Source: Candidatus Nomurabacteria bacterium (GTDB lineage: Bacteria > Patescibacteriota > Saccharimonadia > Saccharimonadales > JAGQNJ01). From it: a DNA stretch of 64,000 nucleotides. The DNA is taken from NCBI GenBank assembly GCA_023898625.1, contig CP060231.1:481890-545889 (forward strand), given 5' to 3'. Numbering within the stretch: position 1 is the stretch's first letter; each line of letters begins with the position of its first letter. Under the pieces are notes generated by a model. The model ran no database searches and was not told the origin of the DNA. It saw nothing but the letters and a program-made list of their open reading frames with translations. Below are positions 43,602 to 53,209 of this stretch, piece by piece. The position numbers and the translations under genes were made by a program.

Positions 43602-43990
43602 TGCGCGATTCCGATTACTCCTATTAATGAGCTTAAGTTTACATTTTTAGTTTGTCCTTCATAACTATATGTAACGGTTACGTCGACTCTTTTTAGTCCC
43701 GGTGAAGGCTCAGTAACGGCTACACTTCCTGTGCTTCCGGTTGGCAGATCAACTAGCTGGTCACTAAAGTCAATGTTTTGACCAGCGGTTAAATTGTTAT
43801 AGTTAATATTGCGTAATGATTCGATTTCTTTTTGCGCTGACCTAGTCGCACTTTCTAAATAGGCTGTTTTGACTTGTATACGCTGAATGCTGATGAAAAT
43901 ACTACTAAGCCCCATAAATACAATACCGATGACTACTATTGTCACTAAAAGCTCGGGTAGTGTAAAGCCATGTAAGTTTGCGCGAATCAT
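43598..43990 (-). CDS. prepilin-type minor pilin (PilV/GspI-like)
   Basis: 'ANLHGFTLPELLVTIVVIGIVFMGL'. There is an ATGA overlap with the next gene. Confidence 0.7.
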   Translation of the reverse strand: MIRANLHGFTLPELLVTIVVIGIVFMGLSSIFISIQRIQVKTAYLESATRSAQKEIESLRNINYNNLTAGQNIDFSDQLVDLPTGSTGSVAVTEPSPGLKRVDVTVTYSYEGQTKNVNLSSLIGVIGIAQ

Positions 43991-44100
43991 GCTTAAGGTA
44001 TAGTATAGGGCAAATATTTGAAAATTCAGAAAAAAACAAATATTGACAAATGAATATAAGCATATAAACTATGAAATAAGGTAAGATAAAGTTATCAAAG

Positions 44101-45339
44101 ATGTATATAAAAATACTTAAATCAACAAAATTACAGATGATAGTACTACTCACGGCTCTTCTTTTGTCGGTGTCGCTAGTTTTATCATTACACAAGGCAC
44201 AGGCAGCAACGGAGTGCTCAGACGAATCTTTAGGTAAAGTTACCCAACAATATACCGTACCATCAGGACAAGAGGGAGAGTATAAGCTTTGGGTTAGGAT
44301 GAGTGCTGAAACAGCAGGAAACGATTCAGTATGGTTTAAAAATGACGACGGTGGCTGTGTTGCCATCGGGGACGTTAATGTGCCCGTGGGGTCATGGAAG
44401 TGGGTCGACTATCATAGCGGAAATGAAAGTTATAAAACAGTAGGCGTTAACCTTTCTGCACGAACCTATACTATGAGTTTGATAGGAAGGGAAAGTGGGG
44501 TCAAGGTAGATAAAGTACTGTTCGTAAAAGACACCGGATGTGTGCCTACAGATGCGCAAGGAAATCCTTGTTTAACGGTTATTGATACTACTCCACCACA
44601 AGTGTCGGTATCTGCACCCACATCACCATTAAGCGGAACCAAGCAATTAACTGCTCAGGCAAGTGATAATGACGCTATTAAGAGTGTTACATTTCTACTC
44701 AACGGAAGTCCACTTACTCCAGCAGATAGCATGTCGCCGTATACCTACGACTTAGACACTACTAAATATACAAATGGAACATATAAACTCACTGCGATGG
44801 CCGAAGATGTATCTGGAAATAAAAGAACAAGCACTGAAATCAGCATAACAATAAATAATGTTATACCAGATACTACAAAACCGAATGTTAGTATTACCAA
44901 TCCACCAAACTCGAGTACTCCAATTCCCGAAGGATCATTTACCTTCTCAGCAAATGCATCCGATAATATAGCGATACAAAGAGTTGTATTCAAACTAGAT
45001 GGACAAGAAATTGGCTCAGACAATTCTTCGCCATATTCCGCTACGACAACTGTAACTAAAGGTACCCATACATTAGAAGTAACGGCTGTGGATACATCCA
45101 ACCTGGAGGCAAAACAAACCATGAGCTTCACAGTAACTGCGCCATCTTCTGGAGGTAAGGCATGTGACTTTGATTCAAGTGGTACAGTTGACTTGCCGGA
45201 TCTGGCTAGATTGCTGGCAAATTGGAAGAAGTCAGTTACGAGCGGAAAGGATGGAGATTGCAATGGCGCGAATGGGCAACCCGATGGCATGGTAGGCATT
45301 GAAGATCTAGGTAAGTTATTAGCATTATGGAAGAAATAA
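44101..45339 (+). CDS. secreted protein: CBM-like N-domain, two Ig-like domains, C-terminal dockerin-like EF-hand pair
   Basis: Signal peptide ending 'HKAQA|A'. The Ig-like units carry 'DNDAIKSVTFLLNG...SPYTYDLDT' and 'DNIAIQRVVFKLDG...SPYSATT'. The C-terminal 'CDFDSSGTVDLPDLARLLANWKK' and 'DCNGANGQPDGMVGIEDLGKLLALWKK' are dockerin-like. Confidence 0.55.
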   Translation: MYIKILKSTKLQMIVLLTALLLSVSLVLSLHKAQAATECSDESLGKVTQQYTVPSGQEGEYKLWVRMSAETAGNDSVWFKNDDGGCVAIGDVNVPVGSWKWVDYHSGNESYKTVGVNLSARTYTMSLIGRESGVKVDKVLFVKDTGCVPTDAQGNPCLTVIDTTPPQVSVSAPTSPLSGTKQLTAQASDNDAIKSVTFLLNGSPLTPADSMSPYTYDLDTTKYTNGTYKLTAMAEDVSGNKRTSTEISITINNVIPDTTKPNVSITNPPNSSTPIPEGSFTFSANASDNIAIQRVVFKLDGQEIGSDNSSPYSATTTVTKGTHTLEVTAVDTSNLEAKQTMSFTVTAPSSGGKACDFDSSGTVDLPDLARLLANWKKSVTSGKDGDCNGANGQPDGMVGIEDLGKLLALWKK

Positions 45340-45340
45340 T

Positions 45341-46423
45341 ATGAAAAATAATATGAAGAATATAAAGAATAGCACAAAACAAACTCACGGACGTCACTAT
45401 CGCTCGTTTAAATTAACACCAATGAAACTAAGCTTTATTGTATTGATTAGTGCGTTTATGGCTTGGATTGTGTTTGCTACTTATGCAGCGACTGGCGATT
45501 TTAACCTATCTACGAACACTAAGACCGTTACACAAGGCTCTGATGTTTATGTAACTTTGTCATCAACTACTGATTCAGGTGTGACAGTTGCTCATGCAGT
45601 TGTGAACTATGACAGCACCAAGTTGTCTTATGGAGGTGCAGATTACACGGGATCTCCAATAAGTAATGATGTTCCTGAATCAACTTCTAGCCCAGGTTCA
45701 GTTACAATAAGTAGATATAATGTAGCCAATTATCCGAAAGGCACGGTATTTATTGCAAAGCTCAGGTTTACAGCAAAAACTAGTGGAGGGAATACAAATA
45801 TTAGTGTATTGGCCAGTCCATCTTCAAAATTATTCACAGAAGCATCAAATGGTGATGTGGTGTCTGTGGGCGCAAAAACGCTAACATTATCACTAGTTCC
45901 ACCTCAAGTTCCTGCGTCACCCACTCAGCCAACGGTATCTCCGAACCCAGCCACCCCCACACAACAACCGGTACAGAGCGTTACCAGGCCTACGCCTACT
46001 CAAACTCCAGCACCAACCACCCCACCGCAAAGTTCTAATACTACGACTCTAGTTCCTGATGCGACAACACCAGCGCCAGAAGTATATTATCCGCAAACAA
46101 GTATACCTAAGCCAGGGACGTCTTATGTATCTACAAAGCCATCTCTTTTTGCCAGATTGTCCAAGTTATTAAAGGTAATTATTCCGATTGTTGTAATTTC
46201 GGGAATTACGGGAGGCGCTGTTTGGTTTGTTATGTCGAGAACGAATCATAATTCCATGCATGGTTTCACGGGTGCAATGCACTCATCGCCTACGCCCGGT
46301 ACAGTGACTTCTGTAACCCCTCCCTCAAATAACGGTTCATCTCCAAATAATTACGTTAATAAACCTAGCGTTGGCTCAAACAACATTAATGATAATACAC
46401 CCAAGACATTTTCTGGCCTTTAA
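45341..46423 (+). CDS. cohesin-like domain protein with Pro/Thr linker and C-terminal membrane anchor
   Basis: Starts 1 nt after the upstream stop. 'TVTQGSDVYVTLSSTTDSGVTVAHAVVNYDSTKLSYGG...GTVFIAKLRFTAKTSGGNTNISV' follows the cohesin beta-sandwich pattern. It is followed by a PTQP-rich linker and the TM helix 'VIIPIVVISGITGGAVWFVM'. Confidence 0.5.
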   Translation: MKNNMKNIKNSTKQTHGRHYRSFKLTPMKLSFIVLISAFMAWIVFATYAATGDFNLSTNTKTVTQGSDVYVTLSSTTDSGVTVAHAVVNYDSTKLSYGGADYTGSPISNDVPESTSSPGSVTISRYNVANYPKGTVFIAKLRFTAKTSGGNTNISVLASPSSKLFTEASNGDVVSVGAKTLTLSLVPPQVPASPTQPTVSPNPATPTQQPVQSVTRPTPTQTPAPTTPPQSSNTTTLVPDATTPAPEVYYPQTSIPKPGTSYVSTKPSLFARLSKLLKVIIPIVVISGITGGAVWFVMSRTNHNSMHGFTGAMHSSPTPGTVTSVTPPSNNGSSPNNYVNKPSVGSNNINDNTPKTFSGL

Positions 46424-46496
46424 TATTGCTGATATTGTAAAAATATAACAAATATTTCTCGATGACATTATAGTGAAGCCCTTTTTGATAGCTAAC

Positions 46497-47222
46497 CTAA
46501 CTGTGAAGTTTCCTCAACTCTGAGTCTGAGCTTTTCCAGGGTGTAGTAGTTTGTATCCATAACAACTCAGTCGATTCGACTTTTCTTGTATGTGGATTAA
46601 CATTTGTACAATAAGTAATTTGGCTATTTTCAATTTTTTCGGTGTCCACGCTTTCTATATTTTCAACCGATGTGATCATTAAAGGCAGATAGGATGACCA
46701 AATCAAGTCACGATGTGTCATAAATATAGCTGAATTTGCATCACTTTCCATAAAACTATTTATCAATTCCCCAATACGCATTGAAACTCGTAGCAATGAT
46801 TCACCATTTGGTGGGCGCCAATAGTATGGATGTTCTTTCATTTCTGTGAAACTGTTTGGATATTCTGCTTGATGTTCTGCTCTTGTCATTCCTTGAATCA
46901 AGCCCCTATCTCTCTCAAGTAGTTTAGGTTCTTCTATCCATGGTTTATTAAGTGAGAGCGATTCTGTAGATTGAATTGTGCGTATTAGTGGTGATGTCAT
47001 TTGCCAATCAAAACACTCAATATTGTTTCTTTGTAGGATATGTTTTAAAATCCACCTACCCGTAATTAAAGATTGGCGATGCCCTAGTTCTGTTTGCTCC
47101 TCATCTCTAGGGTGTTTTTTCAGGACATTTCTTGTGGGTTGGTCCATCTTTGATCTTCTAACATCGCCTTCGCTTTCTCCATGCCTAACAAGTACTAGAT
47201 GTTTTGGTCGGATATTATTCAC
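46497..47222 (-). CDS. histidine phosphatase family protein
   Basis: 'HLVLVRHGESEGD' is the RHG motif and is followed by 'IFMTHRD'. The start is moved to GTG 47222, since the listed TTG 47240 overlaps a TATAAT box. Confidence 0.65.
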   Translation of the reverse strand: MNNIRPKHLVLVRHGESEGDVRRSKMDQPTRNVLKKHPRDEEQTELGHRQSLITGRWILKHILQRNNIECFDWQMTSPLIRTIQSTESLSLNKPWIEEPKLLERDRGLIQGMTRAEHQAEYPNSFTEMKEHPYYWRPPNGESLLRVSMRIGELINSFMESDANSAIFMTHRDLIWSSYLPLMITSVENIESVDTEKIENSQITYCTNVNPHTRKVESTELLWIQTTTPWKSSDSELRKLHS

Positions 47223-47401
47223 TTGAAGTATTATACACAAGTATCGTACCCGTTAAGTTATATTTTCTTGAAACAAAAATATACAAGTTGGTGGTAATTA
47301 GAATTTCTTTTACTGGTTTAATATATTTAGGGTAGTTCTTAGTATGTGGTGTGGATCCGTATTTGTCGGTAGTTAACTAGCTTATGTTATGCTAGTGATA
47401 G

Positions 47402-48604
47402 ATGAAAATATTAAGGACTAGAAATCTTAGACCTGGACGTGCAACTATTACAATAAGGCAATCTAGTATTTATGTTATTGGGCTTATTGCAGTTTTGGGT
47501 ATCTCTATGCTTGTAATTTCTAAGGCCTCAACAATATCATTACAGATAGAAGCAGAGAATGGGGCAAGCGATGGTATAGCAAAAGTTGTTAATGATCAGA
47601 CTGCTTCAGGAGGTAAAGCGATAATTTTTGGTAGTGTCAACAGTAAATGTCAACAAGGCGGGGCTTATTTATGGTCTCACCTAGAAGATTGTGGATGGGC
47701 AGGACCGAATAATACTGGCCCAAAATTAAGCGAATGTTCAGGTGGTGTTCTAATAAAGAATTCAGGGAGCCTATCAAGAGTTATTGATGTCAATAAAGAT
47801 AATACAACAATAAGTTGTCAAGATATTTCTGGATGTATAAGGGCGACCGGTAACAATATTGTTATAAAAAACGTAAAGATTACATGTAATACTGGACTTG
47901 TTGGAACTGCAGCTAATGGTCGGGGCTCTATATATATCGAAAATGGCGCAAGTGCCACTATATCAAATGTGGAGATTAATGGATCTAAAGGCGTTCATGC
48001 TTGCATTTGGCATCAAGGTAAGAGTGTTAATATAGAGTCAATAAATTGTTACGGAGCCGATGATGGGGTGTTTAGTTGGGCAGATGTGGCATATTCGCAG
48101 ACGACTGGCGATAATTTTACTATTAAAAATAGCTATTTCCATGATTTTACGAACAAAACATCCAATGGTCATATTGACGGATACCAGACGGAAGGTGCGA
48201 ATAATGGCATGATTGATCATAATACATTTTATATGACATCAGATGACAGTAACTACACCGATTCTGCTATTGCAATATGGAACAGCTTACGGTCAAGTAA
48301 TAACATTACAGTGCAAAATAATCTTTTTGCAGGTGGTGGCGCTACTATATATGCTGAAGATTATAGCCCTTCAGAGTCGAATAATTTAGGTGGGTTTAGT
48401 ACTTCTAATATTATTTTCAAATACAATCGCTTCAGTACTATATTCAATCCTTGTGTGGGTTTTGGCCCTGGATGGGACGGCATGACATGGTTTAGGGTTG
48501 GTCCCACAGATGGCTGGAAACGAACTGGTAATACTGTAATCGAAACAGGAGAAAATATCGATAATGGTAATCCGCATCTATCTAATGGATCGGTTTGTGG
48601 TTAG
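47402..48604 (+). CDS. secreted right-handed parallel beta-helix protein (polysaccharide lyase/hydrolase-like fold)
   Basis: Signal-anchor, then 'ISLQIEAENGASDG...ASGGKAIIFG'. Repetitive 'NNIVIKNVKITC', 'ATISNVEINGS' and 'ITVQNNLFAGGG' are typical of pectate-lyase-fold coils. Confidence 0.5.
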   Translation: MKILRTRNLRPGRATITIRQSSIYVIGLIAVLGISMLVISKASTISLQIEAENGASDGIAKVVNDQTASGGKAIIFGSVNSKCQQGGAYLWSHLEDCGWAGPNNTGPKLSECSGGVLIKNSGSLSRVIDVNKDNTTISCQDISGCIRATGNNIVIKNVKITCNTGLVGTAANGRGSIYIENGASATISNVEINGSKGVHACIWHQGKSVNIESINCYGADDGVFSWADVAYSQTTGDNFTIKNSYFHDFTNKTSNGHIDGYQTEGANNGMIDHNTFYMTSDDSNYTDSAIAIWNSLRSSNNITVQNNLFAGGGATIYAEDYSPSESNNLGGFSTSNIIFKYNRFSTIFNPCVGFGPGWDGMTWFRVGPTDGWKRTGNTVIETGENIDNGNPHLSNGSVCG

Positions 48605-48628
48605 CGCTTGAGGTAGAGTGGTATACTA

Positions 48629-49826
48629 ATGTATATGCAAACAACAAAACTTAAAGACACGAAGAAAAGAAAAACTACTCTTATTGTCATAAGCTTGTTT
48701 GCGTTGGTGGGTACAATAGTGCTGGCGTTTTCTAAAGCATCGTCAATGTTGTATATCTCTAGAAGCTGAAAATGGTACCAGGACAGGAAATGTAACCATT
48801 GCTCACGATGATTCTGCATCAGGAACTGGCAATAATTTTGTAAAGTTTGGTAATGATGTTAGTGCTGAATGGACCTGGCCGGCCACCCTGCAAAACACTG
48901 GTCCAGCTAAGGGAACAAGTTTTACTACTATGGCACAGCGAGACTTTACTACTTCGGATAATGGCAAAACTTTTGATGGTATTCAAATTAACGCCACAGA
49001 TCCCAGAGGTATTTATATAACTGCCAGTAATGTGACCTTTAAAAATTGTAAGATTTTATATACTGGTTCAGCCACTTCAGAGAACGGATTTTTGTTTATC
49101 GGTGATGGTTCAACTTCTCCAAAGAATGTAAATTTTGACCATTGTATCATTGATGATGGTAATAGATTTGAATACAATATCAGGGCGCGTTACGGGCAAT
49201 TTAATCTTAAATATTCTCAGGTAAGAGGGGGGTCGCATAATATTGATGCATTCGGAGATACTGACCCTGGTGGAACGATCAATATTTACAGAAATTACAT
49301 TTATGATTATGACGATAAGCCATTCCATTCAGATACTCGTTATGAAGGTCATGCAGCAGACGTATACTTTTCTAGCAATAACGGCACGGTTAATATAGAG
49401 GAAAATACAATTATAGGAAACCGATGGGAAGCATGCACAAATGGTGGTTTCTCTAACGGTCCGGGTGCAGGCTGTCGAGATAATTCAAGCTCGCCACCGT
49501 TTAACGGTACTGGATCAGTTGTGGTTTATGCTGACGAAGATAGCTATCCAGATAAGAATTATATTGTAAAACATAATCAAATATCAGGCGGTAGCTATTA
49601 TCCAGTAAGATTTTATGGAGGATCATCTGGGATCGGATCAATCCAAATAATTGATAATGTATACACAGCCCAATCCGGATATCCAAAATTTAGCCTAGAG
49701 GGTGGTATTTATGCATTTGATACAGGTGCAAAAAATAAAACATTCTCTGGAAACTCTTGGGGAAAGGACACTGTTTGTTATTCAGCACCGTCATCATGTC
49801 CTGGCGACCCAAATTCAGCGAACTAG
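48629..49826 (+). pseudogene. paralog of the upstream beta-helix gene with a frameshift between signal peptide and mature region
   Basis: Frame 1 (48629-48769) encodes 'MYMQTTKLKDTKKRKTTLIVISLFALVGTIVLAFSKASSMLYISRS*'. The frame of ORF 48930..49826 is open from 48720 and reads '...ISLEAENGTRTGNVTIAHDDSASGTGNNFVKFG', matching the neighbour's N-terminal module. The shift lies at about 48746-48760. Confidence 0.55.
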
Positions 49827-49838
49827 TAGCATTTTCTG

Positions 49839-51326
49839 ATGGTTCCTGCATCTGATATAATCACCTCTATGATTGACAATTTAACGTGGACAGCAGTTGC
49901 ATTATTTATTATTGATTGGATTATTCGGATTGGATTTATTATCTATATTCCCAGGAAGAGAAATCCAAATTCAGCTATTGCATGGCTACTACTATTATTT
50001 ATATTGCCGGGCTTAGGGATACTTTTGTTTTTGATAATCGGTAACCCAAGGTTATCAAAAAACCGAAGAAATATGCAGAGGACTGCCGATAAGCTTATAT
50101 CAAACATAACAGATAGCATGAAGGATGATATAGGGAGTTTATCTGAACAACAAAAGGCCCGAGCAAGGTCATTGATATCCTTAAACAGATCACTTGCTAA
50201 ATTCCCGGCTAGTGGTGGCAACTCTGTGATAATACAGCCAGAATATAATGATTCGGTCAAGGATCTTATTAATGAAGTGAAAAAAGCTAAGGAATTCGTA
50301 CATATAGAGTACTTTATTGTTGCATTAGATAAGACCACAAAACCTCTTTTTGATGCTATGAAGGAGGCAGTAGATAGAGGAGTAAGGGTTCGGTTACTTT
50401 TTGACGGTATGGGATACAGAGCATATCCAAAACGCAAAGAAATGAAAAAGCTTCTAACAGAAATTGGTGTTGAATGGCACGAAATGTTGCCAATTAAGTT
50501 TAGGCCAAGCCAGTATAATCGGCCTGACCTTAGAAACCACCGCAAGATTGTAGTTATAGATGACAAATATGCCTACATCGGTTCACTTAATATGATAGAC
50601 AGGACATACCATAGAAAGGACGATATATATTACGATGAATTGGTTGTTAAGTTAAGTGGGCCAATAGTTAGACAATGCTCGGCGGTATTTGCATGTGATT
50701 GGTATTTTGAAAGTGGAGAACGACTGCAGAAAATCATTAGCCCTAAGTTTAGGAAAATGCCCAAAAAAGCAGGAGATGTAGTTGCTCAATTAGTACCAAG
50801 TGGGTCAGGGTTTGACAACTCAAATAACTCAAGATTGTTTGCGTCATTGATGTATAAAGCTCAAAGCAAGGTTGTAATAACAAATCCATATTTTGTGCCA
50901 AATGAGGCTATGTTGGAGGCGGTAACCTCTGCGTCTTTGAGAGGTGTTGATGTAAAGATAATTAACTCTATGGCAATGGATCAATGGATGGTTGGACATG
51001 CCCAGAGGTCATTTTACGACCAGTTAATGAAGGCAGGTGTGAAAATATACTTATATAAGTATCCAAAGTTATTGCATTCAAAACACATGACAATAGATGA
51101 TGATATAGCAGTGATAGGCTCGAGTAATATGGATATTAGGTCGTTTGAGTTAAATCAAGAATGTGTTGTCGTGGCTTATGATAAAAAGGTGGTAAGCGAT
51201 TTAGCTAAAGTTCAAAAACAAAATCTTAGCAACTCTAAAAGAGTGGATGTTAATGAATGGGATAGAAGAAAATTATTTGACAAGTTCTTAGATAGCCTTG
51301 CTCGTTTAACATCTGCTTTGCAGTAA
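49839..51326 (+). CDS. cls: cardiolipin synthase (PLD superfamily)
   Basis: Two N-terminal TM helices and two HKD motifs, 'HRKIVVIDDKYAYIGSLN' and 'HSKHMTIDDDIAVIGSSN'. Confidence 0.9.
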   Translation: MVPASDIITSMIDNLTWTAVALFIIDWIIRIGFIIYIPRKRNPNSAIAWLLLLFILPGLGILLFLIIGNPRLSKNRRNMQRTADKLISNITDSMKDDIGSLSEQQKARARSLISLNRSLAKFPASGGNSVIIQPEYNDSVKDLINEVKKAKEFVHIEYFIVALDKTTKPLFDAMKEAVDRGVRVRLLFDGMGYRAYPKRKEMKKLLTEIGVEWHEMLPIKFRPSQYNRPDLRNHRKIVVIDDKYAYIGSLNMIDRTYHRKDDIYYDELVVKLSGPIVRQCSAVFACDWYFESGERLQKIISPKFRKMPKKAGDVVAQLVPSGSGFDNSNNSRLFASLMYKAQSKVVITNPYFVPNEAMLEAVTSASLRGVDVKIINSMAMDQWMVGHAQRSFYDQLMKAGVKIYLYKYPKLLHSKHMTIDDDIAVIGSSNMDIRSFELNQECVVVAYDKKVVSDLAKVQKQNLSNSKRVDVNEWDRRKLFDKFLDSLARLTSALQ

Positions 51327-51430
51327 CTCCGTGTTCCTCACTCAGCAAACTCAACTAGAGTGTTAATATTTATCTAACCTTATGATCTAAGCAATGGCAA
51401 CAAAATAATATATGATCTATTGTCAGAGTT

Positions 51431-52051
51431 CTATTTTACAGCCACAAAGCTTGCTACTGCGCTTTTCTGTGTTTCTCCATTAATCGTTGCTACCACGCGA
51501 TAATAGTAGGTATTGCCGGGCTCTAATTCGGAATTACTAACAGCAACACTATATCCTTGTGTATACGTATCCGATCCCATTCCAAGTTCTTTTGTTAGTT
51601 TTGATGACGATTTATCAAGATTACTTGGGTCAGTTCCATACTCCATCCATACTTCAGTAGGTTTTAGGGATTGCTTCCAAACGAGAGTTATTAATGTTCT
51701 GCCATCGTCTCGGTGAGTATCAGCGTCTCCTGGAATTAGGTCAGGGTTTGGTGTGTTGCTAGTCTTGGGTTGATTAACAGTCGTTTGCGGTTTTTCTTTT
51801 TCGTTGGTTAACTCGGTTAGCTTTTGTTCCAACTGATTTATTTTTGATTGAGATTCGTTTAGCTTTACAACTGAAGCATTATTTTTTGATTTTTGCCAAA
51901 AATAAGTAGCACCAGAGGCAATTAAAGCAGTAGCTATTATTAACAAAACGATAAGTAAAATAGGTTTTTTTGATTCTTTGCTTGTATTCGTCGTGTTTAA
52001 TTCTGGTATATTTGCTTGAGGTAAATTTTGATTTTGTTCTTGATAATCCAT
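51431..52051 (-). CDS. membrane-anchored protein with coiled-coil and FN3-like C-terminal domain
   Basis: TM helix 'ILLIVLLIIATALIASGATYFW'. The C-terminal 'VWMEYGTDPS...LEPGNTYYYRVVA' is fibronectin-III-like. Confidence 0.4.
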   Translation of the reverse strand: MDYQEQNQNLPQANIPELNTTNTSKESKKPILLIVLLIIATALIASGATYFWQKSKNNASVVKLNESQSKINQLEQKLTELTNEKEKPQTTVNQPKTSNTPNPDLIPGDADTHRDDGRTLITLVWKQSLKPTEVWMEYGTDPSNLDKSSSKLTKELGMGSDTYTQGYSVAVSNSELEPGNTYYYRVVATINGETQKSAVASFVAVK

Positions 52052-52704
52052 GTAATAAGCATAAACTAAATGCAGGAATAATGATAGTGCTATTTGCTAG
52101 TATAGCGAACTCGAAAGCTAACAACTGAAAACAAGTTTTAATCGGAAGATTTCCTTGCAAATTGCCTCTGACAATTCGCACCCCTCCACCACACGAGTGT
52201 CACGGGTTCTAGCCATTACTGTGTCAATTTAAAAGTCACACTTTGGTGGCTTCATGAACTTGATGGACATCGTGGATGCTACTACAACTATGTTTAGAGA
52301 AAATAAAGCGCATATTTAGTATTCATAGAGCAACTAACATTTGTAGGTGGTTCAACATCGCTATTTTTGATTTCTTGTATTGAATCCCTAAATATTAAAT
52401 GAAGTCTTTTGGTAGGAGTCGGGTCGACAGGGCATCCTTTTGTAGTTGTATAACTTCCTAATGGCAAAAATAAACCAACAAGTATTAAAACAATTACGAC
52501 ACCGACTTTAATATTTTTCTGTTTTTCATTATTTTTTATTGTAGCAAAAACGTTAAAAAGAAACTCAGTGTACTAGAGAATTTGGATGGTATTAGCAGAG
52601 GCTATCGCAACCAAAATATGGCTATTTTATGGACTTAGATCAACAGTTTTGGCTCTTTAAAATATTTGGTTGGTTTTTTTGAAAAAATAGTTAAAATCAA
52701 TACT

Positions 52705-53145
52705 ATGATTAAATCTAGTGTTGAGATTAATCGAAAACCCGATGACGTGTTTGCGTACATAGCTCAGCTCGACAAACACGGCGAGTGGCAAGAAGCAATC
52801 ATAAGTTCTAAAAAAGAACCTAAAGGCCCCACTAGAGTTGGTACGCGTAATACTGAACTCCGAAAAATGCCAGGTGGCCCTAGAGAAGTTACGTCGGAGG
52901 TGATTGAGTATAATCCACCGAAGAGAATTTCTGCTAAGGGAATAGACAATGGTCCAATGCAGGCTCTTATCTCAATAAGTGTCAAACCTGTGCAGGGTGG
53001 GTTACACTCGAAAGTTACATTTGAACTTGAACTCATAGGGCGTGGTATTGGTAAGTTATTTGTAGGATTTGCCAGACGTAAGAGCAAAAAGCAAGTTCCA
53101 AAAGATCTCTTTTCCCTCAAGCAAAAACTCGAAGACAAAGCTTAG
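52705..53145 (+). CDS. SRPBCC (START/Bet v1-like) family protein
   Basis: 'MIKSSVEINRKPDDVFAYIAQLDKHGEWQ' is a typical SRPBCC N-terminus. ATG 52705 is chosen over the listed TTG 52666. Confidence 0.65.
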   Translation: MIKSSVEINRKPDDVFAYIAQLDKHGEWQEAIISSKKEPKGPTRVGTRNTELRKMPGGPREVTSEVIEYNPPKRISAKGIDNGPMQALISISVKPVQGGLHSKVTFELELIGRGIGKLFVGFARRKSKKQVPKDLFSLKQKLEDKA

Positions 53146-53209
53146 AGCAAAGTATGTAGCCCACAGATTAAAATTCAGTACTAGAGGGCCATCGTGTATG
53201 ATGCGGTAG

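Noticed and set aside
44745-45377. 210-aa minus-strand ORF
   Set aside because: It is antisense to the well-supported dockerin-bearing gene, with no RBS or recognisable motif.
49943-50566. 207-aa minus-strand ORF
   Set aside because: It is antisense to cardiolipin synthase, which has both HKD motifs, so it is treated as spurious.
52150-52260. Long-range pairing (CCACCA...TGGTGG, AGTGT...ACACT) suggesting an ncRNA in the 52052-52704 gap
   Set aside because: There are only about 11 bp of pairing, no promoter or terminator, and no match to SRP, RNase P, 6S or tmRNA motifs that I can recognise.
52294-52529. Possible small signal-anchored protein gene on the minus strand (MKNRKILK / KVGVVIVLILVGLFLPLGSYTTTKGCPVDP...)
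   Set aside because: The ATG frame stops after 11 codons, and the long hydrophobic frame has no start codon. It needs a frameshift in an A-rich run to be a gene. It has no RBS or family support and sits in a 650-bp non-coding stretch. I noted it only as a possible decayed gene.
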